Shown piece by piece: positions 9,748-18,680 of a stretch of DNA of 64,000 bases. Origin of the DNA: an uncultured Gemmatimonadales bacterium. Lineage in GTDB: Bacteria > Gemmatimonadota > Gemmatimonadetes > Gemmatimonadales > Gemmatimonadaceae. Where the stretch lies: positions 2,784,001 to 2,848,000 of the forward strand of contig CAWKMU010000003.1 of assembly GCA_963850905.1 (NCBI GenBank), read 5' to 3'. Within the stretch, counting starts at the first letter, position 1. Each line of letters opens with the position of its first letter. A model generated the notes under the pieces. The model saw nothing but the letters and a program-made list of their open reading frames with translations. It searched no databases and was not told the DNA's origin. The translations under genes and the position numbers were made by a program.

Positions 9748-10255
9748 TCTCTCCGCAGGCTACGCGAGGATCGGTTCCGGGGCGACCGCCGCTGCCAGCG
9801 GTGTGAACATCGATATGGTAGAAGTTGAGAGCGGGATCGATGAAGGGGAATGAGCCCGTAGCCGTGCCGCGCCCGTGGGTATCGACGGCGAGTGGGGCGT
9901 ATTCGCTCGGAGGTCCTGCGGGTTCGGGTGCGGAGCAGATGCCGAGGCGGATGTGCCAGAGGTACGCCTGGCTGGGGTCGAGCCCGGTCAGGAAGAGGAG
10001 CACCGATGCTTTCTGCGTACTGGCGTTGATGGAAATGTCGGCGCGACCCTTACTCATCGTCGTGGCGCTGTCCGGTAGCGTGCTGGTCGGTGGCGCGAGG
10101 ACCGCGACCCAGTAGTCGGACACGGGGGCGTCGAGATCGCCGCTCGCCGATGGCGTGACGAATCGGACCGCGGGGGCATGGTGCGCACAAGCGGCAGCGG
10201 CGAGAAGCTCGACAACAGCGAGAGAGGCTACAAGGCGGACGCGAGCTGACGGCAT
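9728..10255 (-). CDS. Lipoprotein with Cu/Zn-SOD-like or CHRD-like beta fold
   Basis: Lipobox AAAC; WHIRLGIC, IDVH and RVACG motifs. Confidence 0.55.
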   Translation of the reverse strand: MPSARVRLVASLAVVELLAAAACAHHAPAVRFVTPSASGDLDAPVSDYWVAVLAPPTSTLPDSATTMSKGRADISINASTQKASVLLFLTGLDPSQAYLWHIRLGICSAPEPAGPPSEYAPLAVDTHGRGTATGSFPFIDPALNFYHIDVHTAGSGGRPGTDPRVACGEITARNR

Positions 10256-10302
10256 CGTCGGACGTGCTGAGCAGCATTCGTGCGAGAGAGGGACATGGGT
10301 TC

Positions 10303-10331
10303 TTGCTTTCGGTGTTTATTCGGTATAACGT
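10303..10331 (+). promoter_or_regulatory. Putative sigma70 promoter of the imuA-imuB-dnaE2 operon with TTCG-N7-TTCG direct repeat (candidate SOS box)
   Basis: TTGCTT(10303)-17 bp-TAACGT(10326); TTCG at 10308 and 10319 in the spacer; locally AT-rich. Confidence 0.55.
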
Positions 10332-10411
10332 ATACCCCCTTTCTCGCTCACCTGGTTTGGCGCACACCCCTCGATCCCGCCTCTCACCTGCTGCGTTCTT
10401 CGGAGCGTTCT

Positions 10412-11098
10412 CTGTCGTCGCCCGCCGAGTTACGTGCCATCCTGCGCGAGCAATTTCCCGATGCGGTGCCTGTCCCGCAACGCACGGCGGAGCCTGTTGC
10501 GTTGGGGGTGCCGGGGTTGGAGCGGGCGTTCCCCGCGGGCGGGCTCCCACGGAGCCGGCTGACCGCGTGGATGCCGCAAGGCGGAGCCATGGCCATCCTG
10601 CGCGCGAGCTGTCACAACTTGCTCGCGCTTGGCGAGCGCACCGCGTGGATTGATGGCGCGCACACGGTAGGTCCGTGTTGGCAGGAGGGGCCGCTCCTCA
10701 TTCGTCCCTCTGGACGCATCAACGCGTTGCGGTGGGGGGAGGGACTCTTGCGCTGTGGGGGGTTCGCGTTGGTCGTGCTTGCGGGTGTCGAGCCGCAAGG
10801 CACGGAGACGGTGCGTCTCGCGCGAGCGGTCCACGAAGGAGGTGGTGCGTTCGTCGCGTTGACCACGAGCGCCGTCATGGCTGCGCTCCGTGTGACTTCG
10901 CGAGTCCTGCCGCACAGCTACGAGTGGCTTCAGGGGCCATTTGCCGATCCGGCGGCGGCACGAGCCGCGACGGTCAATGTGCGTGTCCGCGCGCCCGGCT
11001 GGAATGAGTCGGTGCGCGTCGTCCTTCCGGTCACCCCGTATGACCTTCGTCTGTCTTTGGATCCCGGACTGGTCGACCGCCGCGGCGTCGACCGCTGA
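10412..11098 (+). CDS. imuA: ImuA-like (degenerate RecA/SulA-like) mutasome protein
   Basis: LGVPGLERAFPAGGLPRSRLT, AWIDG and LLRCGGFALVVL are RecA-fold remnants; sits upstream of imuB-dnaE2; start uncertain (CTG 10412 after GGAG; ORF open from 10280). Confidence 0.75.
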   Translation: MSSPAELRAILREQFPDAVPVPQRTAEPVALGVPGLERAFPAGGLPRSRLTAWMPQGGAMAILRASCHNLLALGERTAWIDGAHTVGPCWQEGPLLIRPSGRINALRWGEGLLRCGGFALVVLAGVEPQGTETVRLARAVHEGGGAFVALTTSAVMAALRVTSRVLPHSYEWLQGPFADPAAARAATVNVRVRAPGWNESVRVVLPVTPYDLRLSLDPGLVDRRGVDR

Positions 11099-12422
11099 AG
11101 CCCCGGCGCTCGATCTGGTCACGGAGGCTCTCCTGCGTATTGCGCCGCGTGTGACGGTCGCTGCGTCCGGATTGATCTGGGCCGATGCGCGAGGACTCCC
11201 GGAGCGCGCGTTGGCCACGTCGTTGTGTGAGGCGGTCCGACGCATAGGGGCGACGCATGCGTCGCCCGCCGTTGAACACACACGACAATCCGACAATCCA
11301 CCCATCAACGTGCGGGCCGGCGTCGCACGGATGCCCGTCGTTGCCGAAGTCGCGGCACGATACGGGACGGAGCAAGTGACGCTCGTGCCGCCTGGCGAGG
11401 ATCGCGGATTCCTCGCGCCGCACCCACTCTCGGTATTGCGCGACGTGGTCGAAACGGATCCGATGCTGCTTTCGCTCCTGGCCGGTCTTGGGATCGAGTC
11501 GTGTGGAGATCTGGCGGTGCTCGGACGCGAAGAGATCGAAGTCCGGTGCGGGGTCGCAGGGATTCGACTCTGGCGGTTGGCGCGGGCAGAGGATCGGCGC
11601 CGTCCATTTGGCGCGTTCCCTCGCTCACTCCCCCGCGCATCGTGTGCGTGGACGGATTATGCATTGCGCGACGCGGAGCGTCTGCTCTTTGTGATTCGCC
11701 GGCTGGTCGCGCACGTGTGTGAAGCACTGCGAGCACAGGGTGAGGGGGCGCGGGCGATCACGCTCCGGTTCGCACTCGCCAATCGCACGGTCGTCGATCA
11801 CCCCTGCCGGGCGGCTCACCCGACCGCGGATCACGCGGCTTGGCTCCGAATCATCCGAACGGATCTCGAGCGTCTCCGCTTCCGGGATGCAGTCACGGGC
11901 ATCACCGTCCGTGTCACAGCGGCGGCTCCGACCCTCGGCAGTCAGGGAGATATCTTCGATCGCGGATTCGCGACAGCACGAGCGACGGAACAAGCGGTCG
12001 CGCAGCTCCTCGATGCATGTGGAACTGACGCCGGCATACTCACCATCTCCGATCATCCGCTCCTGGACCGTCGAGCCCAGTGGCAGGTCCGAGAGCCTGG
12101 CGCTCTGGCAGCGTGGTCGCTCGGGTCGAGCAGGGAATCGACCGCTCCTGCGCCGAGTCTCACCGTGCAACTCTTGCCGGCTCCTCGGAAAGTGCGGGTC
12201 GTGACGACGGAGAGGCGCGATCATGCCGTACCTGTGCGCTATCACGATGGCGAGGTCGCGATCGATGTGCTCATGGCAGTCGGACCTGATTACGTCGACG
12301 GCGGATCTTGGGATGGAGCGCCGTACGCGCGTGGCTACTTCCATTGTGTGACTGGTGATGGTCGACTCGTGCTGATGTTCCAGGCGGGTGAGGAGTGGTT
12401 TCTCCATGGCTGGTGGGACTGA
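11040..12422 (+). CDS. imuB: ImuB, inactive Y-family polymerase-like mutasome protein
   Basis: MTFVCLWIP start, LGIESCGDLA HhH-like motif, QGDIF clamp-binding-like motif, C-terminal WFLHGWWD. Confidence 0.85.
   Translation: MTFVCLWIPDWSTAAASTAEAPALDLVTEALLRIAPRVTVAASGLIWADARGLPERALATSLCEAVRRIGATHASPAVEHTRQSDNPPINVRAGVARMPVVAEVAARYGTEQVTLVPPGEDRGFLAPHPLSVLRDVVETDPMLLSLLAGLGIESCGDLAVLGREEIEVRCGVAGIRLWRLARAEDRRRPFGAFPRSLPRASCAWTDYALRDAERLLFVIRRLVAHVCEALRAQGEGARAITLRFALANRTVVDHPCRAAHPTADHAAWLRIIRTDLERLRFRDAVTGITVRVTAAAPTLGSQGDIFDRGFATARATEQAVAQLLDACGTDAGILTISDHPLLDRRAQWQVREPGALAAWSLGSSRESTAPAPSLTVQLLPAPRKVRVVTTERRDHAVPVRYHDGEVAIDVLMAVGPDYVDGGSWDGAPYARGYFHCVTGDGRLVLMFQAGEEWFLHGWWD
11244..11267 (+). 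repeat. GTAG-type REP palindrome in-frame within imuB
   Basis: ATAGGGGCGACGCATGCGTCGCCC, read as IGATHASP. Confidence 0.85.
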
Positions 12423-15400
12423 CGCGGGCGCTAACGCGCCGTATGTCGAGCTCCGCGCCCACAGCGCGTTTTCGTTCGGGGACGGCACGGCCACACCGGA
12501 GGCGCTCGTTGATACGGCGGCGAAGCTGGGATACTCGGCGCTCGGGCTCACCGATGTCGCCGACTTCGGAGGGGTCGTCCGATTCGCGCTCGCGGCGTGG
12601 GAGGCAGGGATTACGCCACTCATCGGCGCGGAGCTCATCGTCGATGGCGCACCCATCGCGCTGCTCGCACGGACGAGCGAAGGCTGTCGCAATATTGCCG
12701 CGCTCATCACTCGCGCACGCGCGGGATGTCTCCGCACGTGGGACGGCCGCTTCGCGGCCGAGAAAGGGGAAAGGAGAAAGGGGAAAGGAGACGACAGCCG
12801 GCCACGGACCGGTAGGGGCGACGCATTGCGTCGCCCTCTGGCACCGCCCGACACGATTTCTGATGGGCGGGTAGGGGCGACGCATGCGTCGCCCTCTGGC
12901 ACCGTCCACACGATTTCGCGTCCGTCACGCGGGCGGCCTCGCGTGACGTGGCAGGATGTCGTGGATCGCAGCGCCGGAGTGTTCGCGTTCACAGGGCCGC
13001 CTTCGGGTGCGCTTGCGACTCACCTCCGCGCGGGTGATCGGGACGCAGCCGAGCGACAGCTCACGACCTGGCGGTCGGTCTTCGGTGACTCGTGTGCGGT
13101 GGAGGTTCACCTCCACCATGCTGGACGTTCCGAGGCGGCACTGGTCGGTGCACTGATCGAAGTGGCAGAGCGGGCCGGTGTGCCATGGGTCGTAGCCAAC
13201 GCTCCGCGGTATGTGAGTGAAGACGGTCGCCTCGCTCACGACATGCTCACCGCGTTGCGTGCCGGGATGGATCTGGACGCGGCAGCGGCCAACGGCCTGT
13301 TGCTGCCAAACGGCGCGTGGGGACTGCGCGCGCCCGCGGACATGGCCGCAATGTGGCGAGGCCGCGAGCAGGGGTTGGAGACGAGCGCGCGGATTGCGGC
13401 CGCCTGTGATCCGTTCTCGCTCGATTGGTTGCGACCCCCACTGCCGACATATCCATTGCCCGAGCGCTACCCCGATGACAACAGCTATCTCCGGCGTTGC
13501 GTGTACGACGGGGCGGTCGAGCGATGGGGACACGCACTGACTGACGCGCAGACGCGGCAACTCGAGCACGAGTTGGACGTCATTGCACGGCTCGGGTTCG
13601 CCGGGTTTTTCCTCGTCATGTGGGATGCTGCGCGGTTCGCGGACTCACTGGGCATTCTCGCTCAGGGGCGTGGCAGTGCCGCCAATTCAGCCGCGGCGTA
13701 CTGTTTGGGGATCACGGCCGTCGATCCCGTTGCCAACGGCCTCCTCTTCGAGCGGTTTCTCTCCGAGTCCCGTGTCGGTGGACAAACCGAAGCGCCGGAT
13801 ATCGACATCGACATCGAGCACGACCGCCGGGAAGAGGTGCTCGACTACATGTATGGTCGGTACGATCGCGCGCATGCTGCGATCACCGGGATGGTGCAGA
13901 CCTATCGCGCCCCCAACGCCGCGCTCGACGTCATGCGTGCGCTCGGCTATCCGGCCTCGCTCGCATTCCAGATCTCCAAACGCGTGCACTCGTACGAGCC
14001 AGCCGATGGAGCGGCGTATATCCAATCGGAGCTCGGTCGGCGAGTCGGGCTCGATGTCGACGGCCCACGGGGGCAGGCGTTGATGCGTGCCATGGCAGCG
14101 TTGGAGGGCGTGCCGCGGATGCGATCGACGCATCCCGGTGGATTCGTGCTCTCCTCGGCGCCACTCGGCGACTATCTGCCCATCGAGCCCACCGCGATGG
14201 GCCGCACCGTCGTACAGTTCGACAAGGACGATCTCGACCGGATCGGCGTGCCGAAGTTCGACTTCCTCGGACTCGGTGCACTCTCACTGGTGCGACGTGC
14301 GTTCGACTACCTCGAGCACCGAACGGGTTATCGACCGTCCATGTACCGGCTCCCGACCGATGACCGAGCCACCTATCAATTGATCTCCAAAGGCGACACG
14401 GTCGGGACGTTCCAGATCGAGAGTCGGGCACAGATCTCGTCGATCGTCCACACGTGTCCCGAGCGGATGTACGATATCGTCGTGCAAGTCGCACTGATTC
14501 GACCCGGTCCAATTCAAGCGCGTTTTGTCCATCCCTACACGCGCCGCCGGCGTGGGCTGGAACCCGTTACGTATCGCCATCCGGCACTCGTCCCCATTCT
14601 CGCACGTACGCAAGGCATCCCGATTTTTCAGGAGCAGGCGATGGCGATCGCCCGCGATCTGGGCGGGTACACCGGCGCGCAGGCGGATGAATTGCGACGC
14701 ACGATGGGGAACACACGGAAGCTGCCACGGCTTCGCGCAGCGCTGGATCGGTTGCGCCAGCGCATGGAAGGACAGGGCATCGAACCCGATGTAGCGGCCG
14801 AAATCGTGACGGATCTCCAGAGCTTCGCCAATTATGGGTTCCCGGAGTCCCATGCGTGGAGTTTTGCGCTCATCGCGTACGCCACGGCCTTCCTCAAGGC
14901 ACACCATCCCGCGGAGTTTTTTGCCGCGCTGCTCAATTCCTGGCCGATGGGATTTTATCCGGTGTCGACACTGATCCACGACGCCCTTCGGCGTGGGGTC
15001 GAAGTCCGCGGGCCGTGTCTCCGCGATGGAGATTGGGAGTGCACCATCGAAGAGACGGACTGTCGTGAGCGGCCCGCGCTGCGCATTGGATGGCGACAGG
15101 TGCGCGGGGTTGGTGAGACCGCGATCGATACGCTCCGCACGGCGCGTGACCGATCGCAAGGCGGGGAGCCATTTCGTTCGATTGCGGACGCCGTGTCGCG
15201 GGCCTCGCTCGATGACCAGACAGCGGCCGCATTGGCCCGAGCCGGCGCGTTCGGTGCATGGGAGCCCGACCGGCGGCGCGCAGGCTGGGAAGCGCTACGG
15301 GTGGCGGGTGACCGACTGCCGCTCGCGCCTGCCCGGTCAGGAGACGGGACGGGACGCTTCGCGCCCCGCACCCTCACGCGCGATGAGCGAATCGCGCTGG

Positions 15401-15792
15401 ACTACCATGCGATCGGACTCACCACGGCCGGTCACCCCATGGAACGGTTCCGTCAGCGACTCCGAACGCTCGGTGCCATCGACAGCCAGGACCTGCAGGC
15501 GTGCCAGGGAGGTGAACAGGTACTCATGGGCGGGCTCGTGACGATCCGGCAGCGTCCGCAGAGCGCGAAGGGGACGGTGTTCCTCCTTCTGGAGGATGAA
15601 TGGGGAGTGGCGAACGTCATCGTCTCGCGCCGCATGGATGAACGCTTCGGTGAAGAGGTCCGCCACGCATTGTTTCTGCTCATCTATGGCCGCGTGGAAC
15701 GCGATGGCGCGCAAGTCAGCATCATCGGTCAGCGATTCGAGCCGCTCGCGTCCGAGCGCCCCCTCACCCACCATGCACGCAGCTTCCGATGA
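12406..15792 (+). CDS. dnaE2: Error-prone DNA polymerase DnaE2 (ImuC)
   Basis: PHP YVELRAHSAFSF, GRGSAANS, PDIDIDIEH, HPGGFVL, FQIESRAQ, YGFPESH; C-terminal SFR as in DnaE2. Confidence 0.95.
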   Translation: MAGGTDAGANAPYVELRAHSAFSFGDGTATPEALVDTAAKLGYSALGLTDVADFGGVVRFALAAWEAGITPLIGAELIVDGAPIALLARTSEGCRNIAALITRARAGCLRTWDGRFAAEKGERRKGKGDDSRPRTGRGDALRRPLAPPDTISDGRVGATHASPSGTVHTISRPSRGRPRVTWQDVVDRSAGVFAFTGPPSGALATHLRAGDRDAAERQLTTWRSVFGDSCAVEVHLHHAGRSEAALVGALIEVAERAGVPWVVANAPRYVSEDGRLAHDMLTALRAGMDLDAAAANGLLLPNGAWGLRAPADMAAMWRGREQGLETSARIAAACDPFSLDWLRPPLPTYPLPERYPDDNSYLRRCVYDGAVERWGHALTDAQTRQLEHELDVIARLGFAGFFLVMWDAARFADSLGILAQGRGSAANSAAAYCLGITAVDPVANGLLFERFLSESRVGGQTEAPDIDIDIEHDRREEVLDYMYGRYDRAHAAITGMVQTYRAPNAALDVMRALGYPASLAFQISKRVHSYEPADGAAYIQSELGRRVGLDVDGPRGQALMRAMAALEGVPRMRSTHPGGFVLSSAPLGDYLPIEPTAMGRTVVQFDKDDLDRIGVPKFDFLGLGALSLVRRAFDYLEHRTGYRPSMYRLPTDDRATYQLISKGDTVGTFQIESRAQISSIVHTCPERMYDIVVQVALIRPGPIQARFVHPYTRRRRGLEPVTYRHPALVPILARTQGIPIFQEQAMAIARDLGGYTGAQADELRRTMGNTRKLPRLRAALDRLRQRMEGQGIEPDVAAEIVTDLQSFANYGFPESHAWSFALIAYATAFLKAHHPAEFFAALLNSWPMGFYPVSTLIHDALRRGVEVRGPCLRDGDWECTIEETDCRERPALRIGWRQVRGVGETAIDTLRTARDRSQGGEPFRSIADAVSRASLDDQTAAALARAGAFGAWEPDRRRAGWEALRVAGDRLPLAPARSGDGTGRFAPRTLTRDERIALDYHAIGLTTAGHPMERFRQRLRTLGAIDSQDLQACQGGEQVLMGGLVTIRQRPQSAKGTVFLLLEDEWGVANVIVSRRMDERFGEEVRHALFLLIYGRVERDGAQVSIIGQRFEPLASERPLTHHARSFR
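12760..12917 (+). repeat. Composite repeat inside dnaE2: heptamer tract plus two direct REP copies
   Basis: (GAGAAAG GGGAAAG)x2 at 12760-12787, then GTAGGGGCGACGCAT(T)GCGTCGCCCTCTGGCACCG..ACACGATTTC at 12812 and 12871. Confidence 0.85.
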
Positions 15793-15796
15793 GGGA

Positions 15797-15933
15797 CTAG
15801 AGGCAGGACGCTGGACGCTAAATGTTGGGAAGACAACCTCGAGGCGAGCCACGGTGCGTCCAGCCAGCCTCGAGGTTTGTTTTCCAACGTCTAGCGTCTA
15901 GCGTCCATCGTTAGCGTCTAATGTCCAACCTAG
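15797..15933. repeat. Palindromic element with CCTCGAGG cores and GACGCT(A/G)/TAGCGTC heptamer arms
   Basis: GACGCTGGACGCT..TTGGGAAGACAACCTCGAGG..CCTCGAGGTTTGTTTTCCAACGTCTAGCGTCTAGCGTC; may also terminate dnaE2 transcription. Confidence 0.8.
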
Positions 15934-15939
15934 TACGTA

Positions 15940-15968
15940 TTGACACCATATGTTTCCCGGCCTAGTGT
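15940..15968 (+). promoter_or_regulatory. Putative sigma70 promoter
   Basis: TTGACA-17 bp-TAGTGT upstream of the GTG at 16014. Confidence 0.55.
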
Positions 15969-16013
15969 AGGCACAGATCGGTTGACCTTGCCCCACGTCT
16001 TGTGGAGGGTCCT

Positions 16014-16607
16014 GTGCGTCACCTGCCTTCGATCCAGCCGACTGCTTTCGCCGTCACCGCGTTGGTCGCCTCGCTCGCGTGCGCTTCATCGAATAGCAAT
16101 AATCAGCCGGACTCGAACATCACCACCCGACAGCTTTCGAGCCCGGGGTCGCGGCCGATCGAGACGACGGACATGAACAGTGTGGACTTTGTCCCCGTGA
16201 AAGGCTCGCCGGTCGAAGCGATGACGGCGCTGACCCAGATCTACGCGCAGATGCAAATCCCGATTGCGACGATGATCCAGGATGCCGGCCAGATCGGGAA
16301 TCAGAACCTTCGTGTCGCGTCGCACCGCCTGCACGGTCACATGATCTCGTTCTATCTCAACTGTGGTCAGGAATCGATGGTCGGCAGCCGCGCGGACCTC
16401 GACGAAGTCACGATCTCCATCCTCACGAACGTCAAGACGCGCGACAGCGTAACCGTCGTCGGCACGACCGTGCAGGGATGGGCACGCCCATCGGGCACGA
16501 GCAGCAACCCGGTCGACTGCGAGAGCACGGGCGAGCTGGAGAAAGCCATTGCCACGCAGGCCCAGAATGCCCTGGGCGTCCCGACTGCCGTGACCAAGTC
16601 CGAGTAG
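16014..16607 (+). CDS. Hypothetical lipoprotein
   Basis: GGAGGG RBS, lipobox SLAC, YLNCG and CESTG Cys pair. Confidence 0.7.
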   Translation: MRHLPSIQPTAFAVTALVASLACASSNSNNQPDSNITTRQLSSPGSRPIETTDMNSVDFVPVKGSPVEAMTALTQIYAQMQIPIATMIQDAGQIGNQNLRVASHRLHGHMISFYLNCGQESMVGSRADLDEVTISILTNVKTRDSVTVVGTTVQGWARPSGTSSNPVDCESTGELEKAIATQAQNALGVPTAVTKSE

Positions 16608-16640
16608 CGCCGCATGGCCCTCGCCTGGCCTGAGCCGGGA

Positions 16641-17084
16641 CTACCCTCGGGCATGATCGGGTCGTAAGACCTCGGCCGAGCGCAGGTAGACGTGCGCGAT
16701 CTTCGCGCGCGGCCGCGTCGTCTGCACGTGCAGCAGTACACGAATGCATTGCCCCAGTGCCCCGGGGACGGGGATTTCCATGGTACACAAGAGCGGCACG
16801 TCGAGCCACCCCATTTGACGCGCCGCGAGCGCAGGGAACGCGCTCCTCAGATCCGGCGTGACGGTGAAGATCACGCTGATGATGTCATCAGTCGCGATCG
16901 CGTTCCGCGCGACAATCGTCGAGAGTAGTTCCTGTGTCGCCTCGTAGATCGCGGCCGGCTCATCGCGAGCGACGCTGATCGCGCCCCGAATAGCTCGAAG
17001 CTGCGCCCGCTTCGGCGGACGCCCGGCTGGCGCCGACCGGCCGCGTTTGGCCTTGCCCACTGGCGACGATCGGGATCGGGGCAT
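16641..17084 (-). CDS. aroH: Chorismate mutase, AroH type
   Basis: RAIRGAI, SVIFTVTPDL..AFPA.AAR, CIRVLLH and HVYLR.A..LRPD motifs. Confidence 0.92.
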   Translation of the reverse strand: MPRSRSSPVGKAKRGRSAPAGRPPKRAQLRAIRGAISVARDEPAAIYEATQELLSTIVARNAIATDDIISVIFTVTPDLRSAFPALAARQMGWLDVPLLCTMEIPVPGALGQCIRVLLHVQTTRPRAKIAHVYLRSAEVLRPDHARG

Positions 17085-17087
17085 TAC

Positions 17088-17341
17088 GACAGGGGTCAGG
17101 GGTCAGGGGTCAGAGAGCAGCGCGCAGGGAGCCGGGAACAGGAACCGCCAACAAGGAACCGGGAACGCGGCCCGCGATGCAGGAAACGACAACAAATCTG
17201 AACGCCCGGGTATCCCTATCAAATCAGGAGGGCCAGCGACGACGTCGCTGGCCCTCCTTCATTCCCTCACCCCTGACCCCTGACCCCGCCTGTGCCGTCC
17301 CGCCCTTTCAGTTCCCAGACCCCAGACCCCAGACCCCTGTC
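17088..17341. repeat. Intergenic element with inverted heptamer arms (GGGGTCA)3 ... (TGACCCC)n/(AGACCCC)3
   Basis: ggggtcaggggtcaggggtcag at ~17092; cccctgacccctgacccc at ~17270; cccagaccccagaccccagacccc at ~17314; internal GGGAAC/GGAAC repeats. Confidence 0.8.
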
Positions 17342-17343
17342 CG

Positions 17344-17658
17344 TTACCGCCAGTGCCCCTCGACCCAGAAAAACCCACCTTCGCGGCGCACCCAGTGGCC
17401 GGCGACCCACTCGTGGTACCCGGCCGGAGCCTGCGCCCAGTGGCCGGTCATCCAGACGTAGCGCTCACCGTCCCAACGGTAGTGCCCGCCAACCCAGAGA
17501 TACTCCGGGCCCGGCTGGGCCGGGACGACCTCGACGACGTCGGCCGGTGGGGCGGCGACCACATAAACCGCGTGCGGTCGCGGCGGCGGTGCAACGCATC
17601 CCATCGAGGCCAGTGCTACGCCGCACAGCGACACCCGAATAAGCCGTGTGACCATCAT
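17344..17658 (-). CDS. YXWGXW-repeat lipoprotein
   Basis: Lipobox SMGC; repeats YLWVGGHY, YVWMTGHW, WVAGHW, FWVEGHW. Confidence 0.85.
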   Translation of the reverse strand: MMVTRLIRVSLCGVALASMGCVAPPPRPHAVYVVAAPPADVVEVVPAQPGPEYLWVGGHYRWDGERYVWMTGHWAQAPAGYHEWVAGHWVRREGGFFWVEGHWR

Positions 17659-17754
17659 CGGACGATGCCTCAATGCGATAGTTGTGGAGCCCGAAAACGC
17701 TTGCGACCCCATGCATTGAGTAAGACGGCTAGGCCGGCCAAAGGTTAAGGGGAG

Positions 17755-17856
17755 GGCTAGACGCTGGACATTGGAAGGCAAACCTCGAGGCCAGCCGCCG
17801 TGCATGCAGCTGACCTCGAGGTTTGCCTTCCAACGTCTAGCGTCTAGCGTCTAGCC
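17755..17856. repeat. Second copy of the CCTCGAGG-core palindromic element
   Basis: CTAGACGCTGGACATTGGAAGGCAAACCTCGAGG..CCTCGAGGTTTGCCTTCCAACGTCTAGCGTCTAGCGTCTAG; supplies the stop of the DUF4442 gene. Confidence 0.85.
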
Positions 17857-18319
17857 TCCACCTCACCCTCGTCGTCGCCACCACGTCGCCATCTGGGTCG
17901 CGGACGACAGACGTCACCTCATAATCCGTTGGGCCGGACACGACCGGCGGATCACAGCGGCATTCTGCGGTCATCGTCCCCCGTGCCTTTTTCGTGTACT
18001 CGATCGTGATGCTGCGGACGATGCCGCGAACCGTGTCGGGCAGTGCCGCCGTGAGCGCCAACCCGCTGGTGAATTCGGCCAGATTGGCGAGTGCGATGGC
18101 GTGAATCGAATGGAGGTGGTTGCGGACGCGTCGGCGATCACGCATGGCGACGCGCGCGTACCCCGGCTCCAGTTCGAGCACCAGAGGGCGCGTACTGCCG
18201 GTGTACGGGATCAGGATGCCGACCAGTCGGCTGAAAAGGCGACGGCCGCCTGGCAGAGACCGCAGGCGCCGCCATGATGTCCGAATCCTCGCCGCGACAT
18301 CCTGCCGGTGCGTCGACAT
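17837..18319 (-). CDS. Hotdog-fold PaaI/DUF4442 thioesterase-like protein
   Basis: PYTGS, VRNHLHSIHAIALANLAE and IEYTKKARG motifs. Confidence 0.85.
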   Translation of the reverse strand: MSTHRQDVAARIRTSWRRLRSLPGGRRLFSRLVGILIPYTGSTRPLVLELEPGYARVAMRDRRRVRNHLHSIHAIALANLAEFTSGLALTAALPDTVRGIVRSITIEYTKKARGTMTAECRCDPPVVSGPTDYEVTSVVRDPDGDVVATTRVRWRLDARR

Positions 18320-18367
18320 GTTTACGGTCTAAGTCCCTGTGTTACTCTGATTTGACAACGAGTTGCG

Positions 18368-18396
18368 TTGCAAGTGTCGACCCGATCGGTTAACGT
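18368..18396 (+). promoter_or_regulatory. Putative sigma70 promoter of infA
   Basis: TTGCAA-17 bp-TAACGT about 60 bp upstream of infA. Confidence 0.45.
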
Positions 18397-18458
18397 TTGT
18401 TTCAAGATACACGTCCCTGGGGCGTGCGCGCCCTTCGTTCGTCCATCAACTGGTCCCT

Positions 18459-18680
18459 ATGGCGAAACAAGAAGCGATCGAGCTCGAAGGCACGGTAGCG
18501 GAAGTGCTGCCGAACGCCACTTTTCGCGTCGTGATGGACAACGGCCACGACGTGCTCACGACCCTCGGCGGCAACATGCGCCGATTCCGTATCCGCGTCC
18601 TGGCGGGCGATCGGGTCAAGATCGAAGTCTCCCCGTACGATTTGACTCGGGGTCGCATCACCTACCGGCACAAAGCGTAG
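18459..18680 (+). CDS. infA: Translation initiation factor IF-1
   Basis: [42 protein letters not shown]. Confidence 0.97.
   Translation: MAKQEAIELEGTVAEVLPNATFRVVMDNGHDVLTTLGGNMRRFRIRVLAGDRVKIEVSPYDLTRGRITYRHKA

Noticed and set aside
12745..12925. Intein in DnaE2
   Set aside because: Too short, lacks a C/S start with an HN-C/S/T end, and is explained by DNA repeats
18368..18676. N-terminal 100 aa of the 800-aa ORF overlapping infA
   Set aside because: Out-of-frame read-through of infA with no protein-like features; the real slt begins after infA
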